Origin: Myxococcales bacterium
GTDB lineage: Bacteria > Myxococcota_A > Polyangia > Polyangiales > Polyangiaceae
NCBI GenBank assembly: GCA_016191785.1
Contig: JACPVJ010000021.1
Location: forward strand, 1-64,000
DNA length: 64,000 nucleotides
Direction: 5' to 3'
The translations under genes were made by a program, and so were the position numbers. This document shows positions 9,239 through 18,912 of the stretch, piece by piece. Under the pieces are notes generated by a model. The model did not search any database. It worked only from the letters and a program-made list of their open reading frames with translations, and had not been told where the DNA came from. The stretch's first letter is position 1; every line of letters begins with the position of its first letter.

Positions 9239-10864
9239 ATGGCACTCGGACGCCGACAATCTCGCGCCCTCGGGCTGCTCTTGGTGCTCGCCGCCAACGT
9301 CGGGTTGGCCCTGACGGGTTGCGGTTCGGATGCCCCGAACGACGACGGGGGCGGCGGATCGAGCGGCGGGGCGTCCGGCGGCAGCGCCGGGTCATCGGGG
9401 GCCCCGACCGGCGGTGCCGGCGGCGCGGCGGGCAGCGCTGGCGCGGCTGGCGCCGGGGGCAGCGCCTCGGGCGGCGCCGATGCCGGCAACGCCGGCGGTG
9501 CTGGCGGAAGCACGGGAGGCTCCGGCGGGGCGGCCCCGTGCGCGACGCGCATCACCTACGGATCCACGTGGCTCAAACCCCCGAGCCATCCCGCCCAGCA
9601 CGATGACGCTGGCGGCTTGGTCACCTGGGACGGCTCGTGCCAGGTCGACGGTTCGGGGAACGCCTTCGCGACGCTCTCGAACGGGTGGAAGCCGTTCTTC
9701 CAGAGCAAGAGCTGCATCATCGCGCTGGACTACTCTGGCGCGTGCAGCGGCGTCGCGGCCAGCTGTGAGACGAGGGTGCAATACGGGCCGAAGTGGCTGC
9801 CCGCGCCGAACCACCCCGCGCCCTACGACGACGTCGCGGGCGTGCTGACCTGGAACGGCATCTGCTCGGCGAGCGGGGGGGACTCTTCCGCGACACTCTC
9901 GAACGGCTGGGCGCCGCACTTCTCCGGGAGCGGCGCGTGCGATCTCTCGTTTCGCCACACGCAGTGTGGCGGGCTGTACGAGAACCCGGTGGTCGGCAGC
10001 GACTGCCCGGACCCCGGCGTGATGAAGGACGGCGACACCTTCTACATGACCTGCACGCCTGGGTATGCCTACCCGATCTGGTCGTCGAAGGATCTGGTGC
10101 ACTGGAAGAGCGCCGGCACGATCTTCACCGCCGCGACGAAACCCGGCTGGGCCGCGAGCCACTTCTGGGCGCCCGAGATCCACAAGGTGGGGTCGAAGTA
10201 CGTCGCCTATTTCAGCGCCAAGAGCAGCAGCTCGGGCACCTTCGCCGTGGGCGCGGCCAGCGCCTCGAGCCCGGTCGGCCCCTTCGGCGACCTGGGTAAG
10301 CCGCTCGTGACCGAGCCCAGCCCCGGCGCCATCGACGCGCACTACTTCCGCGCATCGAGCGGCAAGCACTACATCTTGTGGAAGGTCGACGGAAACGCCG
10401 TGGGTCAGGCCACGCCGATCAAGATCCAGGAGCTTGCCTCCGACGGGCTGTCGCGCGTCGGCTCACCGACCACGATCTTGACCAACACGCTGGCGTGGGA
10501 GGGTGCACTGGTCGAAGGCCCGTGGATGGTCGAGCATGGCGGCGAGTTCTTCTTGTTCTACAGCGGCAACGGCTATGGCAGCCCGAGCTACGGCGTGGGG
10601 GTGGCCAAGGCCAGCTCGCCCCTCGGCCCGTTCACCAAGAAGGGCGCCCCCATCTTGTCGAGCAAGGGTGGCTGGGCCGGGCCCGGGCACGGCGCCGTGC
10701 TGAAGGGCCCTTCGGGCGACTGGGTCCACGTCTACCACTCGTGGGTCGCGGGCAAGGTGCAGCAAGCGCCGGGTCGCATCGTGCTGGTCGATCGAGTGCA
10801 GTGGAGCGGCGGCTGGCCGAGCATGCTCGGCGCTCCGTCGTCGCGCTCGCAGCCGATGCCGTGA
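9239..10864 (+). CDS. Glycoside hydrolase family 43 lipoprotein (arabinanase/xylosidase-like) with duplicated N-terminal Cys-containing module, 541 aa
   Basis: Lipobox LALTGC and Gly-rich linker. Two repeats of about 95 aa (CATRITYGSTWLKPP..., CETRVQYGPKWLPAP...). GH43 signatures (DPGVMKDGDTFYM, WAPE, EGPWMVEHGGEFFLFYSG). Confidence 0.8.
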   Translation: MALGRRQSRALGLLLVLAANVGLALTGCGSDAPNDDGGGGSSGGASGGSAGSSGAPTGGAGGAAGSAGAAGAGGSASGGADAGNAGGAGGSTGGSGGAAPCATRITYGSTWLKPPSHPAQHDDAGGLVTWDGSCQVDGSGNAFATLSNGWKPFFQSKSCIIALDYSGACSGVAASCETRVQYGPKWLPAPNHPAPYDDVAGVLTWNGICSASGGDSSATLSNGWAPHFSGSGACDLSFRHTQCGGLYENPVVGSDCPDPGVMKDGDTFYMTCTPGYAYPIWSSKDLVHWKSAGTIFTAATKPGWAASHFWAPEIHKVGSKYVAYFSAKSSSSGTFAVGAASASSPVGPFGDLGKPLVTEPSPGAIDAHYFRASSGKHYILWKVDGNAVGQATPIKIQELASDGLSRVGSPTTILTNTLAWEGALVEGPWMVEHGGEFFLFYSGNGYGSPSYGVGVAKASSPLGPFTKKGAPILSSKGGWAGPGHGAVLKGPSGDWVHVYHSWVAGKVQQAPGRIVLVDRVQWSGGWPSMLGAPSSRSQPMP

Positions 10865-10867
10865 GCT

Positions 10868-11155
10868 TCAAACCTCGACGTGAACGGCGATCAGTCGGTC
10901 ATCGACCGCCTCGCCGCGAAGCGTGAAGGTCAGATACCCGGGCACTCCGTCGACCTCGAGGGCCACGCTGAGGGTGTCGGGCCCGGCGTCGAGCAATCGA
11001 TAGGTCCCAGATCGGTCGAGCGAAGCCAGCACCGCTGCGCGCCCCTGCCGCAGCGAGCCGTCGGCCAAACGCAGCAAGATCGCCTCGTGCATCACGGACG
11101 CGCGCTCCTGGGGGGTGCCCGTCACGAGCACGGCCAGAAGGCGCGCCACGTACAT
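10868..11155 (-). CDS. Hypothetical protein, 95 aa
   Basis: ORF with mostly high GC3; no recognisable motif. Confidence 0.35.
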   Translation of the reverse strand: MYVARLLAVLVTGTPQERASVMHEAILLRLADGSLRQGRAAVLASLDRSGTYRLLDAGPDTLSVALEVDGVPGYLTFTLRGEAVDDRLIAVHVEV

Positions 11156-11208
11156 CCGACCACGCTACACCAAGTCGCCCCGACGAATCAGCCCGTTCCA
11201 CGCCAGCG

Positions 11209-11946
11209 TTGACGGACCCATGGCTCGGCCCAACGCTCCGCGCCGGGATGAGCGCGGGGCCTCGCACGTATCGTTACTACGAGCTGATCATGGCGGCCTT
11301 CGTCTGCGTGCTCTTGTGCGCCAATCTGATCGGCGTCAGCAAGGTGACCGAGGTGACCGTCCTCGGGAAGAGCTTCGCGTTCGGCGCGGGCAACCTGTTC
11401 TTCCCGCTGTCCTACCTGTTCGGTGACATCCTGACCGAGGTGTACGGGTACGCCCGCGCGCGCAGGGTGGTCTGGGCCGGGTTCGGCGCGCTGGGCTTCG
11501 CGTCGGTGATGAGCTGGGTCGTGGTTCACCTGCCGCCCGCGACCGGCTGGAGCGGCCAGCCGGTGATCGAGGCGGCGTTCGGCTCGACCTGGCGGATCGC
11601 CCTCGCCTCCCTGGTGGGGTACTTCTGTGGCGAGTTCGCCAACTCGTACACGCTGGCCAAGCTCAAGATCGCGACTCGGGGGCGGCTGCTCTGGGCGCGC
11701 ACCATCGGCTCGACGGTCCTGGGTGAGGCCTGCGACACCCTCGTGTTCTATCCGCTGGCGTTCTACGGGGTCTGGTCGAACGACCTGCTGCTCGGGGTGA
11801 TGCTCGCGAATTACTGCATCAAGGTGGGCTGGGAAGTGGTGGCCACTCCCCTGACCTACCGCGTGGTGGGCGCGCTCAAGCGCATCGAGCACGAGGACCA
11901 CTACGACACGGACACCTCGTTCACGCCCTTCTCGCTAAAGGCTTGA
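11209..11946 (+). CDS. yhhQ: Queuosine-precursor transporter, YhhQ/DUF165 (Vut) family; start may be at internal Met 11248
   Basis: Resembles E. coli YhhQ (RTYRYYELIMAAF vs QRYKALFWLSL N-terminus; multiple TM helices; conserved GE..D.L.FY region). Confidence 0.7.
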   Translation: MTDPWLGPTLRAGMSAGPRTYRYYELIMAAFVCVLLCANLIGVSKVTEVTVLGKSFAFGAGNLFFPLSYLFGDILTEVYGYARARRVVWAGFGALGFASVMSWVVVHLPPATGWSGQPVIEAAFGSTWRIALASLVGYFCGEFANSYTLAKLKIATRGRLLWARTIGSTVLGEACDTLVFYPLAFYGVWSNDLLLGVMLANYCIKVGWEVVATPLTYRVVGALKRIEHEDHYDTDTSFTPFSLKA

Positions 11947-11953
11947 GGGCGGC

Positions 11954-12733
11954 TCAGAGCGTGCGCTCGACGCGGTCCATGGTGAACGCGGCAAGCTCGA
12001 GCCCGAGCCCTTCGAAGGCCTCACGGATGACCCCTTCGGCCTGCCGCGCACAGCGCTCGGGGTCCCGTTCGACGGCCTCGAGCGTGCTCTCACCAAGGAC
12101 CCGGCGGAGCGAGCCCGTGCAGACGTCGGTGGCAAGGCGCAGGATCTCTTCGCGCGGCTTGGCGAGAAACCGCTCCACGACGTGGTGCACGCCCGGCGGC
12201 TCGCTGACGAGTCGAACCTCGCCCCGGGCAAAGGCGGCGACCGCACGGCCGTCCGAGAGGTGGCAGTCGGCGACTTCGACCGAGATCGCACCGAGCGTCA
12301 GATCCAGGAGCTCGACCGTCTCGATCAGGGGGATCCGCAGGACGCGACCGGCTCGCACCACCCGGTACCCACGCACCGTGCCGTCGCGATCGACGTGCCG
12401 ACGCCCGGCGGCGACCGCGATCTGGTTCGGTGCCACGACGACCAGGAGCATCCGGCTCACGATCACGCCGACGCCCCAGGTCGCGACCACGGCGGCGACC
12501 GCAGCGAAGGTGGCCGCCAGCGCCGAGGCGCCCCGGAGGGCGAAGTAGGCGGCTGCTCCGAGCGGAAGCGCCACGGCGACCACGGTGCCGAGAACGGCGC
12601 CGAGAGATCCCTGACGACCGGTCACCGGCGCGGGCTCCGGGCGCGCGGCCGATGCCTGTCGAGCCTCGACCAGGTCCTGTTCGAGGCGTTCGACTTGAGC
12701 GCGGAGCGCGGCTCGGTCATCGCGAAACGGCAT
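11954..12733 (-). CDS. SPFH/band-7 domain membrane protein with N-terminal coiled coil, 259 aa
   Basis: Start MPFRDDRAALRAQVERLEQ (cat at 12731-12733), TM segment, then SPFH-like core; weaker match than the flotillin above. Confidence 0.6.
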   Translation of the reverse strand: MPFRDDRAALRAQVERLEQDLVEARQASAARPEPAPVTGRQGSLGAVLGTVVAVALPLGAAAYFALRGASALAATFAAVAAVVATWGVGVIVSRMLLVVVAPNQIAVAAGRRHVDRDGTVRGYRVVRAGRVLRIPLIETVELLDLTLGAISVEVADCHLSDGRAVAAFARGEVRLVSEPPGVHHVVERFLAKPREEILRLATDVCTGSLRRVLGESTLEAVERDPERCARQAEGVIREAFEGLGLELAAFTMDRVERTL

Positions 12734-12821
12734 GGCCCGACGATAGCGCGAGCCGGGCCCGCGGTCCGTCCCACCGACCGACACTGCCGCTTCGTCTGGA
12801 AGTGCGCTAGCCTGGCGTGTC

Positions 12822-13277
12822 ATGGGGGCTACCCAGTCGAGGGTTCCGGTTCTGGAGCTTGCGCGCCGTGCCCGCGTCGTCCACGCGGTGGAGCCGGGCG
12901 GCAGCTTGGAGGTGTACTTGCCGCGGCAGGACGTCGCGGTGACCTTCGTCGAAGGTCGCCTCACCGCGCCGATGGCGGAGCGGTGGATCGAGACCCTCGA
13001 TCGACAGTTCAGCCGCGGCGCGCGCTTTCAGACCTTCCACGACTGGGATCTGATGACCAGCTACGACTCGGCAGCGCGCCAAGCGCTCACGTCGTGGGTG
13101 GTCTCTTCGATCCGCCACATCTTGAGCGCCGACTTCTTGGCGACCCATGGCATGGTGCGAATGGGCGTCGCCGCCGCCGGGGTCGCGACGGCGCTGGCAG
13201 GCCTGCGCGTCGAGGTCCACTCGACCCGGCAGCCTTTTCTCCGCGCCATCGAGCAGTGCCTCGCGCCGCCGCCTTGA
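12822..13277 (+). CDS. Hypothetical protein, 151 aa
   Basis: Intact ORF divergent from the SPFH gene; no recognised domain. Confidence 0.4.
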   Translation: MGATQSRVPVLELARRARVVHAVEPGGSLEVYLPRQDVAVTFVEGRLTAPMAERWIETLDRQFSRGARFQTFHDWDLMTSYDSAARQALTSWVVSSIRHILSADFLATHGMVRMGVAAAGVATALAGLRVEVHSTRQPFLRAIEQCLAPPP

Positions 13278-13317
13278 GCGGGCTCGCGCGGCTCGAATGC
13301 GCTATGCTTCGTGCGCC

Positions 13318-13872
<555 letters not shown>

Positions 13873-13929
13873 GGCCGATCCACCACGCCAGGCCGTGACC
13901 CGGGCGCGCCCATCGCGTATGCTGACCGG

Positions 13930-14658
13930 ATGCGCCTTCAGCCAAGCCCCCTCGCCACCCTCGGGCTCCTCCTCGCAACCATTGCAGCGCTCGGTGTCGC
14001 CTGCAGCAGCGACAGCGGTGGCGGGTCCTCGGGCACCGGGGGCGCAGGCGGCTCGGCCGCGAGCGGCGGGCAAGGCGGCGCCACCGGCGGCACGGGAGCG
14101 GTGGGCGGAAGTGGCGCCACCGGCGGCTCGGCCGGCGTCGGGGGCAGCGCCAGCGGCGGCGCGGCGGGCAGCGACGCCTCGGCGGGCGGAAGCGCCTCGG
14201 GCGGAGCCCCGCCGATGTGCTCGAGCTCGACGGACTGCAAAGAGGCGTCGGTCTCGTACCCGAACAGCACCGAGCCCCCGGCCACGACAGCCACCACCTG
14301 CGTCGGCGGGCAGTGTGGTCTCGTCACCCAGTACAGCGGCTCGTACAAGGCGCCCAAGCCGCCCAAGTCGTGCACCGAGATCTGCGCCGCGTCGAGCTAC
14401 CAGGGGCAACCGATGAAGTGCTCGGGCTCGTGCCTCTCGAAGAAGATCAACGGCTTCGGCGACAAGGGGCTGGCCTTCGAGATCGGGGACGCCGGGCCGG
14501 GATCGGTCTCGGGGCTGGTGCGGTACCAGTTCAGCCCCATGTCGGGCGGCTACCAGTTCCTGGAGGTCGCCTGCGCCGAGGTGCCGAAGTCGAAGCTGAT
14601 CCAGGGCAACAACAGCTACACCTACGTCGGTCACAGCTGCTGTTGCGTGGCCCCCTGA
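13930..14658 (+). CDS. Lipoprotein with Gly/Ser-rich linker and Cys-containing C-terminal domain, 242 aa
   Basis: Signal peptide LGLLLATIAALGVACSS; long GG(S/A/T)G linker; ends CCCVAP. Confidence 0.7.
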   Translation: MRLQPSPLATLGLLLATIAALGVACSSDSGGGSSGTGGAGGSAASGGQGGATGGTGAVGGSGATGGSAGVGGSASGGAAGSDASAGGSASGGAPPMCSSSTDCKEASVSYPNSTEPPATTATTCVGGQCGLVTQYSGSYKAPKPPKSCTEICAASSYQGQPMKCSGSCLSKKINGFGDKGLAFEIGDAGPGSVSGLVRYQFSPMSGGYQFLEVACAEVPKSKLIQGNNSYTYVGHSCCCVAP

Positions 14659-14663
14659 CGGCG

Positions 14664-15110
14664 TCAGGGCGCAGCGCTCACCGACTTCTCTTCGATCTGC
14701 ACCGCCAGCGTGCAGGGCTTCGCCAGAAACAGCTTGTGCTTCAGCGAGTGCTTGACGACGCAGATCGGGACCGTGCCCTGATCGCTGCCGTCCGGCGCGC
14801 TGATCTCGATGCGCCCCCCGGGGAGCAGCGTGGCCTGAAAGCTAGCGGTCCCGCCGGGAACCTTGTCGCAGCCTCCGACCAGGCCGTTCATGGTCTTCTC
14901 GGCCTCCTTCTTGTCGAGCTTCGCTGGGCACTCTTTGAGCATCACCGAGCCCTCGACCACCGCGACCTTCGGCCCGGCCGGCGGAGCGGCCGCGCTCGGC
15001 GTCGGCGCGACGGCCGGCTTCGATTCCCCGGGCGCGGCACAAGCGAAGAGGAAGACGCCAGTGACGAGAGCTGCAGCTTTGAAGTGAACCACGTCCGCAG
15101 CATGCCACAT
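14664..15110 (-). CDS. Small lipoprotein, 148 aa
   Basis: Signal peptide plus lipobox LFAC; lies 28 bp downstream of and co-directional with the GlmS-like gene. Confidence 0.6.
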   Translation of the reverse strand: MWHAADVVHFKAAALVTGVFLFACAAPGESKPAVAPTPSAAAPPAGPKVAVVEGSVMLKECPAKLDKKEAEKTMNGLVGGCDKVPGGTASFQATLLPGGRIEISAPDGSDQGTVPICVVKHSLKHKLFLAKPCTLAVQIEEKSVSAAP

Positions 15111-15138
15111 TTGGAGCGGGAACCCCCAACGCCACTGC

Positions 15139-17727
15139 TCAGTCGACGGTGATCGACTTGCTGACGTTCTTCGGCACGTCCGGGTGAACGCCGTGATCGA
15201 CGATGCCCAGGCGGTCGAGGTACTGCTTCTTGAGCAAGCTCATCTTCAGTGCCAGTCGCTGCAGCACCACCGTCGCCGAGAACATCGCCATCAAGGTGTC
15301 GCCGGTGCGAGGCAGCGGGACGTAGACCGAGCGATATGACGGGTTGTCGGCTGGCGCCTTTCCGGCCGCGCCACGGAGCGCCGGGTGGTCCTCGGCGATG
15401 ACCACGCTCGAGGCGCCGCGGATCTTGTGGGTGTTGATCTGCGAGACAGTGAGCGCCACGTCCCGCGGGTCGGGCCCGGTCACGTAGATCAGCGGGTAGT
15501 CCGCCGAGAGCTCGCGCAGAAGGGCCGCCCGGTCGACCGTCTGCTCGAACAGCCCCCGCTCGCCGCCGGTGAGGGCAAAGGGCGTCGAGGTCGGCGAGAG
15601 CACCGAATCGGTGGCGGCCTGGAAGAGCCGGCAGAGCGCCTCGGTGCCCAGGCCCTGGGCGGCGCTGGCAGTCGCCAGCTCTTGGAGCAAGATCCCCAGG
15701 CGCTTGAGCATGGCGTCGACCTCGAGGGGACCGAGCACGGTGTTGAAGCCCAAGATGGTGTTCGGCCCGTGCTTGAACTCCGAGGCCTCGAACCCCTCGG
15801 TGTGGTTCAAGACCACCTCACGGATCTTGAGCGCCCCCTCCTTGGCCACCGCCGTCATCCGCGTGGCCAAGAGGTGAATGCTAGGGCAGAGGTAGAGTAG
15901 TTTCGCCGCGACCTCGACGTCGGCGTCGGTGGCGTCGAAGGTCTCGCGGATCAGCGCGGGCAGGCTGGCGAGCTTTTCGCGCCTGACCGCGACCTCGCGC
16001 GCGAGCCGCTCGCGCTCGTCGGGGGTCTTGGCGATGGCGTCCACGCGCAGCGCGCCCAGGTGCAGCGCCAGGCAATAGAACACCAGCATCTGGTTCATGA
16101 AGCTCTTGGTGGCGGGCACGGCCGTCTCGGGCCCACAGCGCAGCGGCACCACCAGGTGGCTCTTCTCTTGGGCCAAGGTCGAGCTCACGTTGTTGACCAG
16201 CGCCACCCGCCGGACGTCGTGGCCCGACGCGATCACGTCGTTCAGGACGTCGATCAGGTCCTTGGTCTCGCCGCTCTGGCTGACGGCGATCACCAGGTCG
16301 CCGTCGCCGAGCGAGCGCGCCGACTGCCCCCGGAACTCGCCCGGCAAGCTCGGCCAGAGCTCGACCTGGGCCAGCTCGTTCCAGAACAGGCTGGCAGCCT
16401 TGGCGGCGTGATACGAGCTGCCGCAGCACACGACGTAGATGCGACCCCGGCGGGCGATGGTCGAGAGGCAGAGGCGCCCGAACTCTTCCACGACCGCAGC
16501 GAAGTCCCGGACCTCTTCCGCTTCGAGCAGGGCGTCGAACAGATGCACGGCGACCTCGTCGTCGCGGCTTCGCGCCATGGGCAAGAGGTCCGCGAAGAAG
16601 CCCGCCTCTGCCGAGACGAGGTGCTCTCGACGCCGCTCGGCCAAGAGCTCGCCGGGCAGGCGCGCGCGCAGCCGAAGGAACGCCTCCGAGTCGCAGAGCT
16701 GGTGGAACAGGGCACGAATCTGCGCGTCGTCGACCTGATCGCGCAGCACGTCGAGCCGTGCGCCGACGTCGGCGAGATCTGCCGCGTCGACCGCCGCCCG
16801 GCCGCGGGCCACGCTCTGGGCCGCCGGCGAGCCCCCCAAGAACAGGCGGATCACTTCGCGACAGGTCTCTTCCTGTGCGCTGATCTCTTGATCCATGAAG
16901 GTCGCGAACTCGGGCGAGAGCTGCGTGTCCTTGGCGCGCAGGCGGCTCCGCACCGGGCTCTGCTCGAGCGGCTGGCCGCTCTCGAGCGAGTACAGCTGAA
17001 AGCCCGCCGCGTCGTACTCGACCAGCTCACCCTCCGAGACCGGCACGACCACCCGGGTGAGCTTCAGCACGCTCGAGAGATCGGACGAGGCGATGGCGAA
17101 GCGGCCCCCCGGGGACTCGTTGCCGACCCCGAAGTACAGGCTCGAGCCCTGCTTGATGGCCCAGAGCGTCCGGGTGACGGGGTCGACGATCACCGCGGCG
17201 AACGAGCCCTGCAGACGCTCGGCCGCGGCCAGCACCGCCGCGCGCATGGCGGGCCGGCGCGCGCCCACGTCGCCGCTCTTCGCCTTGGCGAGCTCCCGCG
17301 CGAAGAAGTGCTCGACGGTGTGGACCACCATCTCGCCGTCGTTGTCCGAGAGCACGGCGTGGCCCTCGGAGACGAGCCAGGTCTTCAGCTCGTCGCAGTT
17401 GGTGACGTTGCCGTTGTGGGCGCCATACAGGAAGGCCTTGCAGCGCACCAGGTGAGGCTGCGAGTTCTCGTCGGTCACGGCGCCGAAGGTCGCCCAGCGC
17501 ACCTGGCCGCAGAAGATCTGCCCGCTCATCCGGGTGATGCCGAGCTCGTGCACCATCACCGAGGGCGCCCCCACGCCTTTGGCGAGCGTCACCTCTTCCT
17601 TGGCGCCCTGCACCGCCGCGCCCGTCGAGTCGTACCCCCGGTACTCGAGCGTCTTCAGGAGCTCGGCCGCGACCTGTCCAAGGTCGGCCCGCGGTTGTTC
17701 GAAGATCAAGCCGATCACGCCGCACAT
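15139..17727 (-). CDS. GlmS-like glutamine-fructose-6-phosphate amidotransferase family protein, atypically long (862 aa). Class-II GATase N-terminus plus two SIS domains separated by about 250-aa insertions
   Basis: N-terminal MCGVIG (Ntn Cys). Matches to the GlmS glutaminase domain (LEYRGYDSTG) and SIS motifs (IYVVCCGSSYHAA; EGALKIREVV...EFKHGPNTIL). Canonical GlmS is about 610 aa. Confidence 0.7.
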   Translation of the reverse strand: MCGVIGLIFEQPRADLGQVAAELLKTLEYRGYDSTGAAVQGAKEEVTLAKGVGAPSVMVHELGITRMSGQIFCGQVRWATFGAVTDENSQPHLVRCKAFLYGAHNGNVTNCDELKTWLVSEGHAVLSDNDGEMVVHTVEHFFARELAKAKSGDVGARRPAMRAAVLAAAERLQGSFAAVIVDPVTRTLWAIKQGSSLYFGVGNESPGGRFAIASSDLSSVLKLTRVVVPVSEGELVEYDAAGFQLYSLESGQPLEQSPVRSRLRAKDTQLSPEFATFMDQEISAQEETCREVIRLFLGGSPAAQSVARGRAAVDAADLADVGARLDVLRDQVDDAQIRALFHQLCDSEAFLRLRARLPGELLAERRREHLVSAEAGFFADLLPMARSRDDEVAVHLFDALLEAEEVRDFAAVVEEFGRLCLSTIARRGRIYVVCCGSSYHAAKAASLFWNELAQVELWPSLPGEFRGQSARSLGDGDLVIAVSQSGETKDLIDVLNDVIASGHDVRRVALVNNVSSTLAQEKSHLVVPLRCGPETAVPATKSFMNQMLVFYCLALHLGALRVDAIAKTPDERERLAREVAVRREKLASLPALIRETFDATDADVEVAAKLLYLCPSIHLLATRMTAVAKEGALKIREVVLNHTEGFEASEFKHGPNTILGFNTVLGPLEVDAMLKRLGILLQELATASAAQGLGTEALCRLFQAATDSVLSPTSTPFALTGGERGLFEQTVDRAALLRELSADYPLIYVTGPDPRDVALTVSQINTHKIRGASSVVIAEDHPALRGAAGKAPADNPSYRSVYVPLPRTGDTLMAMFSATVVLQRLALKMSLLKKQYLDRLGIVDHGVHPDVPKNVSKSITVD

Positions 17728-17772
17728 GAGCGCCACGCCTAGCATGGGCGGGCCGCGGCGGGACGGCGGGGC

Positions 17773-18204
17773 TCAGGGGTCGGGCGCGCCCAGCCACTCC
17801 GACGCGGTGGCCGCGAACGCTTCAAGGTCGCCGAGGTCGCTCGCGAGCGCCGCATGCACGAGCGAAAAGTCGACGCTGGCGTAGTGGTGAGCCAGAACGT
17901 TACGCAAGCCCGCCCACCCTTCCATCCGGGCAGCGAGATCGGGGTCGAGCAGCCCCGCCGCGCGGAGCTGGGCAAACGCGTCCCGGTAGGACTGCCCTGC
18001 CGGAAGCTCGGCGTCGGCGAGCGCGTGAAGCGCGACATCGATGGCAGCCTGCGCCGCGACGTACATCGCGTGGAGCACCATGTGCTGCGTGTCCCGGTCG
18101 GTCTGGAGCTTCTCGACCGTCACGCTCTGCCGATAGCGGCGGAGGTCGGCAAGGGCGTCGAGCAACACCCCGAGCCGATGGCGCAGCACCTCGGCCTGTA
18201 CCAC
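17773..18204 (-). CDS. hepT: HepT-type HEPN toxin (DUF86), 143 aa, GTG start
   Basis: Rx4HxY motif LRNVLAHHY; size and position immediately after the nucleotidyltransferase gene. Confidence 0.75.
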   Translation of the reverse strand: MVQAEVLRHRLGVLLDALADLRRYRQSVTVEKLQTDRDTQHMVLHAMYVAAQAAIDVALHALADAELPAGQSYRDAFAQLRAAGLLDPDLAARMEGWAGLRNVLAHHYASVDFSLVHAALASDLGDLEAFAATASEWLGAPDP

Positions 18205-18624
18205 TCAGCGCCCCGCCGCCAGCCGCTGGCGCAGCCGCTCTTCTCGAAGGGCCAACTGGCGCCGTTGAACCGGCTCGAAGTCCAGCGAGCGCGAGAGCGC
18301 CTCGACCTCCCACGCATGACGTCGCGGCGTGTCGCGGTCGAGCAGCAGGCGACGGTCCGTCAAGATCGACCTGATCAGCACCAGCGGAGCGCGACGCAGA
18401 TCGACCAGATCCACGTCGGCGGAAGCCTCGCGGGAGAGCCGGGTCTGAAGCCCCCCGAGCTCGGCCAACCGCGTGAGCCCCGCCTCGCCGGGCATGACCG
18501 CGACGTCCACGTCCCGGAAGGCGCCGCCGCGAGCCGCCGATCCGAACAGATAAGCCCAGACGAGCGTCGGCTCCCCGAGCAGAGCTTGGCGGAGGACCTG
18601 CTCGACCGACTCACGGCTCGCCAC
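18205..18624 (-). CDS. mntA: MntA-type minimal nucleotidyltransferase antitoxin; start uncertain (GTG 18624, up to 18894 in track)
   Basis: NTase motif LFGSAARGGAFRDVDVAVM. Stop is directly adjacent to the hepT GTG (no spacer). Confidence 0.65.
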   Translation of the reverse strand: MASRESVEQVLRQALLGEPTLVWAYLFGSAARGGAFRDVDVAVMPGEAGLTRLAELGGLQTRLSREASADVDLVDLRRAPLVLIRSILTDRRLLLDRDTPRRHAWEVEALSRSLDFEPVQRRQLALREERLRQRLAAGR

Positions 18625-18693
18625 GACGCAAAGGGTATCACGACCGCCCAAACCGCGGTTGGACAAGCTTGCCGTTTCACGTAGGCTTTTCCC

Positions 18694-18912
18694 ATGAGCA
18701 CCGCGGCCGACGAGGCTCACGCTGACTTCGGTGATCCGTCGTTCGAACCCACGGACGAGCAGCTTCAGCTGCTGGCGAAAGAGGCGTTCGCCGGGGTGGG
18801 CGCTCGACACCAGGCGGTGCTCGCCCGGCTCCGGGACGAGGTGACGAGGCTTCGTGAGCGCGTCCTGGCCCGGCTCGATGACCCGGAAAGCCACACGGGC
18901 AGCGAGCGGTGA
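18694..18912 (+). CDS. Small acidic protein, 72 aa, putative antitoxin (epsilon/PezA-like) of the downstream P-loop kinase
   Basis: ATG at 18694. Stop overlaps the GTG of the next gene (GTGA). Helical, acidic composition. Confidence 0.5.
   Translation: MSTAADEAHADFGDPSFEPTDEQLQLLAKEAFAGVGARHQAVLARLRDEVTRLRERVLARLDDPESHTGSER

Noticed and set aside
17027-17797. 256-aa minus-strand ORF overlapping the GlmS-like N-terminus
   Set aside because: Alternative frame of the GlmS-like gene; Arg/Gly-rich shadow.
18625-18693. Sigma-70-like promoter TTGGACA-N16-TAGGCT between mntA and the small plus-strand ORF
   Set aside because: The -35 element has an extra G (TTGGACA rather than TTGACA) and the -10 is weak; too speculative to annotate as a feature.
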